A stretch of 64,000 nt of DNA from Paludibacteraceae bacterium. Lineage in GTDB: Bacteria; Bacteroidota; Bacteroidia; Bacteroidales; Paludibacteraceae. A program made the position numbers and the translations under genes. Each line of letters begins with the position of its first letter. Position 1 is the first letter of the stretch. The notes beneath the pieces were generated by a model. It was given only the letters and a program-made list of their open reading frames with translations. It searched no databases and had not been told where the DNA came from. The stretch lies in contig JAVBMA010000008.1 of NCBI GenBank assembly GCA_031553005.1, positions 78-64,077 on the forward strand. Direction: 5' to 3'. Shown here piece after piece: positions 1-8,821 of this stretch.

Positions 1-1847
1 AAAAGGCAATTTGTCAATAGGACAGCCGGCGGATAATTATTTTTAAAAAGATTATTCTTATTAATAAAACGCGCTTTTCCTCCTGATTCATCCAACAGTT
101 GCAAACCGCCTCCCAAAGTGGTCAGCCAAATTCGCCCCCGGCTATCCTCCAAAATATCATTTATTGCTAATGATATAGGAGAAAATTCGCTTTTTGGAGA
201 AGAGGTATATGATTGAACCGTAAATGAAACGGACTCGCGAGTCCGGGGAGTTAACTTGAATAATCCGGGATTTCCACCAATCCAAAATATGCCTTTCCGA
301 TCCTGATAGATAGACAGGACATTGGCAAAGGTGGACTCTGTTTTTGTTATTTCTCCTTTTTTATTCAAAAAACCGATGAACTGCCTGTTTTCATCATAAA
401 TCCGCACACGGTTGTCCTGCGTCGAAATCCATAACCGGTGCTTATCATCTTCGAAAAGAGCCAGAATATCGTTAGCTTCCGTATATTCCAACGAACTTTT
501 GCATTGTGTAAAATGAAAAGAAGAGTTTAATGAAACACATTTCCGGATACCTCCATAATGAGTTGTCATCCAAAAGACTCCGGCAGTATCGGAAAATGAT
601 TTATAAACAACCGAAGAAAACATCCCTTGCCCATTTTCACGGCTGAAGTAGGGTTTACTTCCTGCATAATTATCATTATACCAAACTTTTCCCGGCAGCG
701 GGGGCATCAGCCAGAGTTTATCTTTATCGTCCTTGAAAGAGAGAAAAAACGATGATTTACGGGATAAAGGGAAAGAGGTAAAATCTTCCTGGTAATAACG
801 AAACGGCATATAATATACCTTATCCTCCTTCGGATTATAGCGGATAAATCCAAATACATCGCCCGGCTTCATCCATATATCGCCTTGCATATCCTTCCAC
901 GAATTTTCTATTTCATCCGAAAGCATCCCTTTTACTTTACCGGAAAGAAAATGCCTGAGCTTGTTCGTGCTGTGGTTCAATAGAAAAAAGCCGTCGGAAT
1001 CGGTAGAAATAAAACAGACAGAGTCATTTAACGCTAATATATTATTGAGGTTGGAGGTAACCGGTAATTGAAAAACAGTAAATCTTTTTTTCGATTTGTT
1101 ATAACGGAAAAGCCGGCCTTCAGAGCCTGAAACCAACAGTTCTTCATTTGTCTCAACAGATGCAAAAAGAGCATTTTGCTTTGCCGAATCTTCCCTTTCG
1201 GTCAGGTAATAGCCCGAAGGTTCTTCCTCTCCTTCCGAAACAATTGCAATGCCATGTTCCGTAAACAACCACATCCGCTGGTCTTTATCCTGATAGATAG
1301 AATGAACTTCATGACCTGTTTTTTGTTGGTTTTGCGAGCAAAACAGCGTCAGTTTAACGGAAAAATCCGAAGTATCGGTTACCGCCCGTATGCATCCGTT
1401 ATCATAGCCCATCATCCAGATTTCCCCCGAAGAAGTTTTTTCCAAACGTTCAACGGAAATGTAATTATCTCCCCTGTTCTCGTCTGCCGACGGGTACAAC
1501 TGAAATGTTTCCGACCGTGAATCGAAACGAAAAACCTGCCCCATATAATTGACCACCCAGAAAAATCCGTAATCGTCTTTCAATATTTGCTGAAACCTGT
1601 TGCTGATACTTCGTTTCAGTTCTTTGGAGCTCGCTTTATAGTTTTTAAAATTATATCCGTCAAAACGACTCAGCCCGTCTCCGGTGGTAAACCAAAGAAA
1701 GCCCTCATCGTCTTTCAACATATCCGTCACCGAATTTTGGGACAAACCATTCTCTACCGAATAAGTTTCGGATATAATCTGATATTGCGCATTTGCATGC
1801 ACAATAAACCCGGTTAACAGTATAAATATGAAAATATATTTTTTCAT
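1..1847 (-). CDS. Sensor protein N-terminal region with two-component-regulator propeller repeats (hybrid two-component-system-like); 3' end runs off the left edge
   Basis: Absent from the ORF track (no in-window stop). Reverse-complement translation from the ATG at 1847-1845 gives MKKYIFIFILLTGFIVHANAQYQIISETYSVENGLSQNSVTDMLKDDEGFLWFTTGDGLSRFDGYNFKNY... I saw no stop down to position 1. Signal peptide plus repeated GLSxN / W-x-T motifs typical of Reg_prop repeats. Confidence 0.6.
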   Translation of the reverse strand, partial: MKKYIFIFILLTGFIVHANAQYQIISETYSVENGLSQNSVTDMLKDDEGFLWFTTGDGLSRFDGYNFKNYKASSKELKRSISNRFQQILKDDYGFFWVVNYMGQVFRFDSRSETFQLYPSADENRGDNYISVERLEKTSSGEIWMMGYDNGCIRAVTDTSDFSVKLTLFCSQNQQKTGHEVHSIYQDKDQRMWLFTEHGIAIVSEGEEEPSGYYLTEREDSAKQNALFASVETNEELLVSGSEGRLFRYNKSKKRFTVFQLPVTSNLNNILALNDSVCFISTDSDGFFLLNHSTNKLRHFLSGKVKGMLSDEIENSWKDMQGDIWMKPGDVFGFIRYNPKEDKVYYMPFRYYQEDFTSFPLSRKSSFFLSFKDDKDKLWLMPPLPGKVWYNDNYAGSKPYFSRENGQGMFSSVVYKSFSDTAGVFWMTTHYGGIRKCVSLNSSFHFTQCKSSLEYTEANDILALFEDDKHRLWISTQDNRVRIYDENRQFIGFLNKKGEITKTESTFANVLSIYQDRKGIFWIGGNPGLFKLTPRTRESVSFTVQSYTSSPKSEFSPISLAINDILEDSRGRIWLTTLGGGLQLLDESGGKARFINKNNLFKNNYPPAVLLTNCL

Positions 1848-1887
1848 TAAAATCATAAATCAGAACCCTAAAACCGAACCGCCATTC

Positions 1888-1908
1888 TTAACTTTCAACT
1901 TTCAATTG
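1888..1908 (-). repeat. GTGAAAG-family heptamer array (short; forms the 3' end of apbE)
   Basis: Minus-sense reads CAATTGAAAGTTGAAAGTTAA, encoding the last residues LKVES and the TAA stop. Confidence 0.6.
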
Positions 1909-2934
1909 TTCTGTAAAGTATTTCCTAAAACCCTCCGTATATTTTTCCGCCAAACAATTATAAGCGGTTGAATAAATGAAATAGGCTTCAATATCGGGCA
2001 TAAAATTAGCCACAATCAGGCTCTCCTCAAGCCCCATCACCATGAAAGCAGTAGCGTATGCATCGGCCAGCATACAGTTTGGAGCTATAACCGTCACACT
2101 CAACAAACTATGGTCAACCGGATAACCGGTATGAGGATTTATCGTATGTGCATATTTTTTTCCGTCCTTATGATAATATTGCCTGTAATTTCCGGAAGTT
2201 GCCAATCCTCCGCTTTCCATATAAACAATATTCTGGAGTTCTGTTCTCATCATCGTGCTGTCGTCAATAGGTTTGGTTATACCGATTGCCCAAGGCGTCA
2301 GCCTGTCATTATGCCCTTTCACCACCACTTCTCCGCCAATTTCGACCATATAGTTTTCTATTCCTTTGGAATCAAGGAAAGAAGCGACAACATCGCATGA
2401 ATATCCTTTTGCAATAGCAGATGCGTCGAGCATAACCGCCGGATTGCTTTTTACCACACGGTCGCCTTCCAGCTTCACTTTTTCATATCCCGTTTTTTTC
2501 AATAGCGAACTTATCAGTTCGGGTGTAATACTGTCTTTACGGTTAAAACCAAATCCCCAAGCATTAACCAATGGTGCAACCGTCATGTCGAATGCTCCGT
2601 TGGTTATCTCCGAAACCCGCTGGCCTGTTTCAAATACGGTGCGGAAATAATCGTCGACTACTACATCTGGGTCATTATTATTGATTCTTGAAATAACAGA
2701 ATTGTCATTAAATGTAGAAAGAGAAAGGTCGAAAGAGCGGAATATTTCGTTCAACCCCGACTCCAACGATTTTCCGTCGGGAGATTCATAGATTATTTTA
2801 TAAAAAGTACCAAATACGCGTCCTTCATTTGTCAAAAACGTTTTCTCTTTTTTACCTGAGTTATAAAAAAACAGAAAAAACATACCCACTACCAATGCAA
2901 AAAGCAAAAAAACTTTCTTTTTATCCAACTTCAT
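1888..2934 (-). CDS. apbE: FAD:protein FMN transferase (ApbE family lipoprotein)
   Basis: 348 aa ORF with a membrane-anchor N-terminus, the conserved AIAKGY motif and overall ApbE-like sequence. Confidence 0.85.
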   Translation of the reverse strand: MKLDKKKVFLLFALVVGMFFLFFYNSGKKEKTFLTNEGRVFGTFYKIIYESPDGKSLESGLNEIFRSFDLSLSTFNDNSVISRINNNDPDVVVDDYFRTVFETGQRVSEITNGAFDMTVAPLVNAWGFGFNRKDSITPELISSLLKKTGYEKVKLEGDRVVKSNPAVMLDASAIAKGYSCDVVASFLDSKGIENYMVEIGGEVVVKGHNDRLTPWAIGITKPIDDSTMMRTELQNIVYMESGGLATSGNYRQYYHKDGKKYAHTINPHTGYPVDHSLLSVTVIAPNCMLADAYATAFMVMGLEESLIVANFMPDIEAYFIYSTAYNCLAEKYTEGFRKYFTEQLKVES

Positions 2935-3046
2935 AAATAACTATTTTTTAAACCACACTATCCTTCCGGAAGAATATAGAGGGCTTTCATTCATTCTAAT
3001 TTTGAAAGAACAAAATAAACATTTTTTTCTGAATTTCTTGACAAAA

Positions 3047-3118
3047 GGGAAAATGAGAGGTGAAAAGTGAAAGATGAAAGGGGAGAGGTGAAAGATTAAG
3101 AGGAGAAATTTGGAAAGG
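3047..3118 (+). repeat. GTGAAAG-family heptamer array in the apbE / DUF4290 divergent spacer
   Basis: GGGAAAATGAGAGGTGAAAAGTGAAAGATGAAAGGGGAGAGGTGAAAGATTAAGAGGAGAAATTTGGAAAGG. It shares the 22-nt block GGTGAAAAGTGAAAGATGAAAG with 54277-54298. Confidence 0.8.
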
Positions 3119-3376
3119 TTTGTTGTTTGAGGGGAGATTCCTTGTGAAAATCGTTATCACAAAATAATTTGATGTACTCAAACCAGACTCTGAGTACACC
3201 TAAAATATTTTTTGTTCAACTTCTGGGTGCATTTCAAAAATATATTTTTTCATCAAAAAACATTATGCATATTGCTAAACCTGATTTTTTTCTATCTTTG
3301 TGAGACCAAATCCTTCCGATTAGAAATTTTTACAAACAGAAATTTTCTTTTCGTTTTTATATACCAATACAATTTA

Positions 3377-3979
3377 ATGGAATACAATACGCAGCAAAAA
3401 CGGCTCATATTGCCCGAATATGGCAGAAATATTCAAAATATGGTAGACCACTGCCTTACGATAGAAGACAGGGAAGAACGCGCACGCTGTGCCCAAACAA
3501 TTATTTCTACAATGGGGAATTTATTTCCTCACCTTCGCGATATCAACGATTTCAAACATATCTTGTGGGATCATCTGGCTATTATGTCCGATTTCCGGTT
3601 AGATATTGATTATCCTTACGAGATTATTAAGAAAGAAAACCTGTATACAAAACCGGAGCCTATCCCCTATTCTTCTCCTAAACAGATAAGGTACATGCAC
3701 TACGGCAAAACGTTGCAGCTTTTGCTTGATAAAGCAATGGACTATGAAGAGGGTGAAGAAAAAGAGCAACTGGTCTCTATGATTGCCAATCACATGAAAA
3801 AATGCTTTGCAGGATTCAATAAAGAAGGAATAGACGACCGCAAAATTTTTGACGATATCCGCGAATTTACCAAAGGGAAAATAGATTTGGACGAAACCAC
3901 CATGCAATTGGCAGAAGCTAAAGAGATTGCTCCCAACAAGAATAATTCCAATAAACAAAATAAGAAATCAGGAAGATAA
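3377..3979 (+). CDS. DUF4290 domain-containing protein
   Basis: Starts at internal ATG 3377 (MEYNTQQKRLILPEYGRNIQNMVDHCLTIEDREERARCAQTII...), the recognisable DUF4290 N-terminus. Lies upstream of murA, as is common in Bacteroidales. The upstream part of ORF 3212..3979 is AT-rich leader. Confidence 0.75.
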   Translation: MEYNTQQKRLILPEYGRNIQNMVDHCLTIEDREERARCAQTIISTMGNLFPHLRDINDFKHILWDHLAIMSDFRLDIDYPYEIIKKENLYTKPEPIPYSSPKQIRYMHYGKTLQLLLDKAMDYEEGEEKEQLVSMIANHMKKCFAGFNKEGIDDRKIFDDIREFTKGKIDLDETTMQLAEAKEIAPNKNNSNKQNKKSGR

Positions 3980-3985
3980 TTACTG

Positions 3986-4024
3986 AGGTGAAAGGTGAGA
4001 ATTGAAAGGGGAAAGTTGGAATGA
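3986..4024 (+). repeat. GTGAAAG-family heptamer array, begins 7 nt after the DUF4290 stop
   Basis: GAGGTGAAAGGTGAGAATTGAAAGGGGAAAGTTGGAATG. The 20-nt block TGAAAGGTGAGAATTGAAAG (3989-4008) recurs at 54320-54339. Confidence 0.8.
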
Positions 4025-4048
4025 CTTTCTGATTTATAATTAAAAAAG

Positions 4049-4093
4049 GATGGAGGAGAAAGAAGAGGTAAAACTGCTACTTTCTCCTCCATC
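4049..4093. repeat. Perfect 14-bp stem hairpin
   Basis: GATGGAGGAGAAAG (4049-4062) and CTTTCTCCTCCATC (4080-4093) are exact reverse complements, with a 17-nt loop. Confidence 0.8.
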
Positions 4094-4098
4094 TACTA

Positions 4099-4131
4099 AT
4101 TGGGAGGGCGGCTTAAAGTCGCCTTCCCAAT
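4099..4131. repeat. H-family hairpin (TTGGGAGGGCG..apex TTAAA..)
   Basis: ATTGGGAGGGCGGC TTAAA GTCGCCTTCCCAAT. The two non-Watson-Crick positions are G-T, i.e. G-U wobbles on the plus-strand RNA. Related to 20202-20234. Confidence 0.75.
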
Positions 4132-4325
4132 AGTAACAATAAAAGAACCTCATCACCTCACTTTTTATACTTTTTTTGAGCACCTAGCAACTTAAAATTA
4201 AGCGCAAACGCTTTTTCTTATTAAAAACAAATGTGCTAAGTCTCAATTTTTTTAGGACAAGTCTCTTATCTGTATTGTTAATTAATTCTTATCTTTAAGC
4301 AAAATTTTTCAGAAAACATTTATAC

Positions 4326-5633
4326 ATGGCAAAATTTGTTATCGAAGGCGGGCATTCACTCAATGGCACTATTTATCCGCAAGGAGCAAAAAACGAAGCA
4401 TTACAGATTATTTGTGCAACCCTCCTTACTTCCGAAGAAATTACTATTGAAAACATACCTAATATATTAGATATCAATAACCTGATTCAGTTATTAATTG
4501 ATATGGGTGTATCTGTCCGTAAGAAAGCCGCAGATACATACACCTTTAAAACCGAAAAAATAAACCTTGAATTTCTGAAAACAAAAGATTTTCAGAAACG
4601 ATGCGCTTCCTTGCGTGGTTCGGTTATGCTGATCGGCCCGATGGTAGCCCGCTTCAAACAAGCAATACTCCCTCAACCGGGAGGCGATAAGATAGGACGC
4701 CGGAGGCTTGATACTCATTTTATAGGACTGCAAAAACTCGGAGCTAAATTTACGTATAACTCCGACCAACAATTATATCAGGTTTCCGCAAAAAAACTGA
4801 AAGGTAGCTACATGCTGCTTGACGAAGCATCTGTAACAGGTACTGCCAATATACTTATGGCTGCTGTTCTTGCTGAAGGGAAAACCACAATTTATAATGC
4901 TGCTTGCGAACCATACATACAACAACTATGTAAAATGCTGAATAAGATGGGAGCTAAAATCAGCGGCATCGGTTCAAACCTTCTAATCATAGAAGGTGTT
5001 GAATGTCTGCATGGTTGCTCGCATAGAATTCTTCCCGATATGATTGAAATAGGCAGTTTTATTGGAATGGCAGCCATGACAAGTTCCGAAATTACCATCA
5101 AAAATGTCTGTTACGATGAATTGGGAATTATTCCGGACTCATTCCGCAAACTGGGAATCCGGATGGAAAGAATTAATGACGACATATATATCCCCAAACA
5201 GGAAAAATATGCGATAGATACATTTATCGACGGCTCGATAATGACCTTCGCCGATGCACCGTGGCCGGGACTTACGCCCGACCTGCTCAGCGTATTCCTT
5301 GTTGTAGCCATTCAGGCACAAGGAAGCGTGCTCATTCATCAGAAAATGTTTGAAAGCCGCCTCTTTTTTGTAGACAAGTTAATTGATATGGGAGCCCAGA
5401 TAATCCTTTGCGACCCGCACCGTGCAACGGTAATCGGATTGGGAAATCAAAATCCGCTCCGCCCGGCAAATATGAGCTCGCCCGATATCCGCGCAGGAAT
5501 CGCGTTGCTTATCGCTGCAATGAGTGCAAAAGGCACCAGCACAATCAGCGGGATTGAACAGATAGACCGGGGGTATCAAAACATTGACGAACGATTAAAC
5601 GCAATCGGCGCACAAATTACGCGCATTTCATAA
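4326..5633 (+). CDS. murA: UDP-N-acetylglucosamine 1-carboxyvinyltransferase
   Basis: 435 aa, MurA-like throughout (GGHSLNGTIYPQGAKNEALQI..., KIGRRRLDTH, DIRAGIALLIAA). Confidence 0.95.
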   Translation: MAKFVIEGGHSLNGTIYPQGAKNEALQIICATLLTSEEITIENIPNILDINNLIQLLIDMGVSVRKKAADTYTFKTEKINLEFLKTKDFQKRCASLRGSVMLIGPMVARFKQAILPQPGGDKIGRRRLDTHFIGLQKLGAKFTYNSDQQLYQVSAKKLKGSYMLLDEASVTGTANILMAAVLAEGKTTIYNAACEPYIQQLCKMLNKMGAKISGIGSNLLIIEGVECLHGCSHRILPDMIEIGSFIGMAAMTSSEITIKNVCYDELGIIPDSFRKLGIRMERINDDIYIPKQEKYAIDTFIDGSIMTFADAPWPGLTPDLLSVFLVVAIQAQGSVLIHQKMFESRLFFVDKLIDMGAQIILCDPHRATVIGLGNQNPLRPANMSSPDIRAGIALLIAAMSAKGTSTISGIEQIDRGYQNIDERLNAIGAQITRIS

Positions 5634-5640
5634 TAGCATA

Positions 5641-5667
5641 AAAAAAGGAGCCTAAGCTCCTTTTTTA
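5641..5667 (+). terminator. Rho-independent terminator of murA
   Basis: AAAAAAGGAGC CTAA GCTCCTTTTTT: GC-containing stem followed by a T6 run, 8 nt after the stop. Confidence 0.8.
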
Positions 5668-5686
5668 CCTTCTTTCCATTTCATGA

Positions 5687-5872
5687 TTAATTCAAAATCA
5701 TTGGTGTAGAAAACGTGATTTTTTTCATCCGTTTTTCTACATAGCAAACTTTGGCAAACTGAGAAATAAACATCAAAGCCTCTTTGCTTGGCTCCAAGTT
5801 TACTTTTTCCTCCTCTTTGTCTTCAGATAACTCATTAAAATTATTAGGTGTTTTCGTAAAAATATTCCTCAT
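5687..5872 (-). CDS. Hypothetical small protein (61 aa)
   Basis: ORF only; no recognisable motif; lies in an AT-rich spacer. Confidence 0.2.
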   Translation of the reverse strand: MRNIFTKTPNNFNELSEDKEEEKVNLEPSKEALMFISQFAKVCYVEKRMKKITFSTPMILN

Positions 5873-6257
5873 TCAATAATGTTTTTAATTCGACATGATT
5901 TTTTTTATTTTTAAAACGGCATTTTTACACGCTTATTGTATTCCGTTTCAAAAATTAATACGAACTAACTCAATTTTAATTTTTGGATTTCAGCCAATTA
6001 AAGCAAATTAAAAAGAGACTGACTAAAATTAATCAGCCTCTCATTATTGCCTGCAATCGCAAACAACTGCCGACAATTTATCTGACAACAGTCAGACTCT
6101 TTTTAGAATATTAAATTCACAGGCCAAGGTTTCAATGCAAAAATATAAAAAAAGAAAAATCAGACATTTTTTTTGTTTGCTTAATATAAAAAATCCTTTC
6201 AAAAAATTTATCAATTATATTTTAGATTAAAAATTTCATATTTTAAAATCGTTTTTA

Positions 6258-6265
6258 TACTTTTG
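6258..6265 (+). promoter_or_regulatory. Bacteroidota -7 promoter box (TAnnTTTG) for tRNA-Lys
   Basis: TACTTTTG, 15 nt upstream of the tRNA 5' end. Confidence 0.5.
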
Positions 6266-6279
6266 CAACCGTTTTGAAT

Positions 6280-6352
6280 GACTCAGTAGCTCAGCTGGTA
6301 GAGCAACAGACTCTTAATCTGTGGGTCCAGGGTTCGATCCCCTGCTGGGTCA
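6280..6352 (+). tRNA. tRNA-Lys (anticodon CTT)
   Basis: Cloverleaf folded by hand: acceptor GACTCAG/CTGGGTC, anticodon loop CTCTTAA, T-loop GGTTCGATCC. Confidence 0.9.
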
Positions 6353-6360
6353 CGACGCAA

Positions 6361-6396
6361 AATGCTAATAATCATATAAGGTTATTAGCATTTTTG
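6361..6396 (+). terminator. Terminator after tRNA-Lys
   Basis: AATGCTAATAA ... TTATTAGCATT: 11-bp stem followed by TTTTTG. Confidence 0.7.
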
Positions 6397-6583
6397 ATTT
6401 TAAGAAATTTTCTTTTTTTGTCCACTTTCCATTAAAACTATCTCTTTCCGTTTGAACAATATCTGATTTTCAATAAATCAAAACCATTATTTACAATGGT
6501 AAAGACTAACATTTCATTACCGGACAAGAAATGCTATTCAAAAATATTGCTAAAAAAACGATATACCGATTTATTTATTTTCG

Positions 6584-6591
6584 TACCTTTG
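6584..6591 (+). promoter_or_regulatory. -7 promoter box (TACCTTTG) about 170 nt upstream of the FabK-like gene
   Basis: Exact TAnnTTTG match. Implies a long leader containing a 43-codon uORF. Confidence 0.4.
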
Positions 6592-6763
6592 TCACTTGAA
6601 CAATAAAGTTAATAATGTATCTTTTTTCTCAATGTCCCGCTTTGCTCTTTAGCAGGCCTCTCATCGTAAGAATCGACATCAGTACCAACTTTTTTGCTTA
6701 TATTATTAACAACAAGTCGCGAAAGTATGAATCTCTATTATCGTGACACATTTTTAAAACAGA

Positions 6764-7852
6764 ATGAAATCTTTTTTTATAGGTAATCTGGAAATAAAAC
6801 TTCCGGTTATTCAAGGAGGAATGGGTGTTGGAGTTTCTTTGTCCGGCTTAGCTTCGGCGGTAGCTAATGAAGGAGGCGTAGGTGTTATTTCATGCGCCGG
6901 CCTTGGATTAATCTATCACAATTATCCGGGCGATTATTTAAATAAATGCATTATCGGATTAAAAGAAGAAATCCAGAAAGCGAAAGAAAAAAGCAAAGGC
7001 ATAATCGGCGTAAACATTATGGTTGCACTGACAAATTATGCCGACATGGTAAAAACATCGATAGCTGAAAAAGCCGACATTATTTTTTCCGGAGCCGGAC
7101 TTCCTTTCGATTTACCTTCTTATCTGACCAGCGACAGTAAAACAAAACTGGTTCCTATCGTTTCATCTTCCCGGGCTGCCAAAATCATATGTGACAAATG
7201 GAAAGCCAACTATAATTATTTGCCTGACGCAATAGTTGTAGAAGGCCCTAAAGCCGGAGGACACCTCGGTTTCAAGCTCAATCAGATTGAAGACGAGCAG
7301 TACTCTTTGGAAAAGCTTGTACCGGAAGTCATAGCCATTGCTAATTCATACAAAAGCGAAAAAGAGATTCCTGTAATTGCTGCCGGAGGCATCTCTTCGG
7401 GAAAAGACATCCTCCGCTTTATCGAAATGGGAGCTGCGGGCGTACAATTGGGTACTATGTTTGTTACCACTACGGAATGTGACGCATCCGAAACATTCAA
7501 AAATGTTTTTGTAAGTGCGAAACAAGAAGACGTAAAAATTATACAAAGTCCTGTCGGAATGCCGGGCAGAGCCATTGACGGCGAATTTATCAAAAGTGTT
7601 GAAAAAGGACAGGAAACACCAAAAAAATGTGCTTTCCATTGCATAAAAACCTGTGATTATACAAAAAGCCCTTATTGTATTATTCTGGCGCTCTATCAAG
7701 CAGCAAGAGGAAATATGAAAAAAGGTTATGCCTTTACAGGTATAAACGTCCATTTATCTCAAAAAATATCAAGTGTAAAAGAAGTTATTTCCAGATTGAA
7801 AACGGAATTTCTTAACGCAACACTCGAAAAAGAATTACTGAATAAAGAATAA
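6764..7852 (+). CDS. Nitronate monooxygenase family flavoprotein (FabK-like enoyl-ACP reductase II candidate)
   Basis: 362 aa; the N-terminal IQGGMGVGVS... and AAGGISSGKD motifs are typical of NMO/FabK TIM-barrel flavoenzymes. Confidence 0.75.
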   Translation: MKSFFIGNLEIKLPVIQGGMGVGVSLSGLASAVANEGGVGVISCAGLGLIYHNYPGDYLNKCIIGLKEEIQKAKEKSKGIIGVNIMVALTNYADMVKTSIAEKADIIFSGAGLPFDLPSYLTSDSKTKLVPIVSSSRAAKIICDKWKANYNYLPDAIVVEGPKAGGHLGFKLNQIEDEQYSLEKLVPEVIAIANSYKSEKEIPVIAAGGISSGKDILRFIEMGAAGVQLGTMFVTTTECDASETFKNVFVSAKQEDVKIIQSPVGMPGRAIDGEFIKSVEKGQETPKKCAFHCIKTCDYTKSPYCIILALYQAARGNMKKGYAFTGINVHLSQKISSVKEVISRLKTEFLNATLEKELLNKE

Positions 7853-8584
7853 ATGCAAAAATTAATAGCATATCCGCTTTCTGCAATTTATTACCTACTG
7901 TTTGGAGCTACTTTGGCTATCTTCCATCCGGTCCAGTGGCTATGCTTCAATTTATTCGGATACAAAGCCCACAAAAAAAGCGTGGATATCATGTCTTTCT
8001 TTCTGGTTGCTAATACTTATGTTTTAGGTACAAGGTATAAAATCAGTAATCCGGAAAAACTAATAACAGGTGTACCCTTGATTATCGTTGCCAACCATCA
8101 GAGCCTCTATGACATTACTACTGTTTGTTGGTTCCTGCGAAAGGTACACCCGAAATTTATCAGTAAGATTGAGCTCGGCAAAGGGATTCCCAGTATTTCC
8201 TACAATTTAAATCATGGAGGCTCTGTTCTTATTGACAGAAAAAATCCGAAACAATCCCTATCCGTAATAAGGGAAATGGGAGAATACATAGAAACTACTA
8301 AACGGTCAACCGTAATATTTCCGGAAGGAACGAGAAGTAAAACAGGCAAACCAAAACCATTTGCTGAAAACGGATTGAAAATCCTTTGTAAATATGCACC
8401 TTCTGCCTATATCGTTCCCTTAACAATCAATAATTCGTGGAAAATGACAAGATGGGGCTCCTTCCCTTTAGGAATTGGGAATAAACTCCATTTTACGATT
8501 CATGACCCCATCCCTGTCAAAGGGATGCCATTTCCCGACCTTCTACAAAAAGCCGAGCAAGCCGTTGTCGAAGCTATCTATTAA
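7853..8584 (+). CDS. 1-acyl-sn-glycerol-3-phosphate acyltransferase (PlsC/LPLAT family)
   Basis: 243 aa with HX4D motif (NHQSLYD) and FPEGTRS motif. The start directly abuts the upstream stop (TAA ATG). Confidence 0.8.
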   Translation: MQKLIAYPLSAIYYLLFGATLAIFHPVQWLCFNLFGYKAHKKSVDIMSFFLVANTYVLGTRYKISNPEKLITGVPLIIVANHQSLYDITTVCWFLRKVHPKFISKIELGKGIPSISYNLNHGGSVLIDRKNPKQSLSVIREMGEYIETTKRSTVIFPEGTRSKTGKPKPFAENGLKILCKYAPSAYIVPLTINNSWKMTRWGSFPLGIGNKLHFTIHDPIPVKGMPFPDLLQKAEQAVVEAIY

Positions 8585-8821
8585 CCCAATCCAAAGGATT
8601 GAATCTAAATAACCCCCAATAAAATTGGGAGAATAGAGCCCCCAACCTCTCCACACTCCCAAGAGCCGCTTCGAACTACACATACAAACCCAAACAAAAA
8701 ACTCACAAACTAATAATAAATTTCTGATTATTGTTAAAAACATTCATTATCTCTATTTGTTTTGTATATAGAAACTTAACCCATCTTGTCGTGAAACAAG
8801 TTGGCATAAAATTTATACAAA

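Noticed and set aside
2110-2650. Antisense ORFs inside long genes. Examples: 2110..2400, 2366..2650, 7282..7753, 21800..22317, 36398..36820, 42095..42568, 43131..44720 group, 45945..46273, 50381..51236, 54454..55023.
   Set aside because: Each lies fully within a longer opposite-strand ORF that has clear family motifs. These are shadow ORFs without motifs of their own.
2996-3199. ORF of 67 aa (..LSPLPFHLSLFTSHFPF..). Similar ORFs are 31808..31990, 31728..31946, 3790..4092 and the first 28 codons of 49473..49958.
   Set aside because: They are read from the CTTTCAC strand of the heptamer arrays, which has no stop codon in any frame. The low-complexity F/H/L/S/P sequence is an artefact of the repeat, not a gene.
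3212-3376. N-terminal extensions proposed by the ORF track: 3212-3376 (DUF4290), 11849-11920, 20417-20479 (GSIII), 29221-29241, 33345-33362, 56262-56504 (HAD).
   Set aside because: The extensions begin at TTG or early ATG codons in AT-rich leader or overlap a -7 promoter box. The conserved protein N-terminus or signal peptide begins at the internal ATG.
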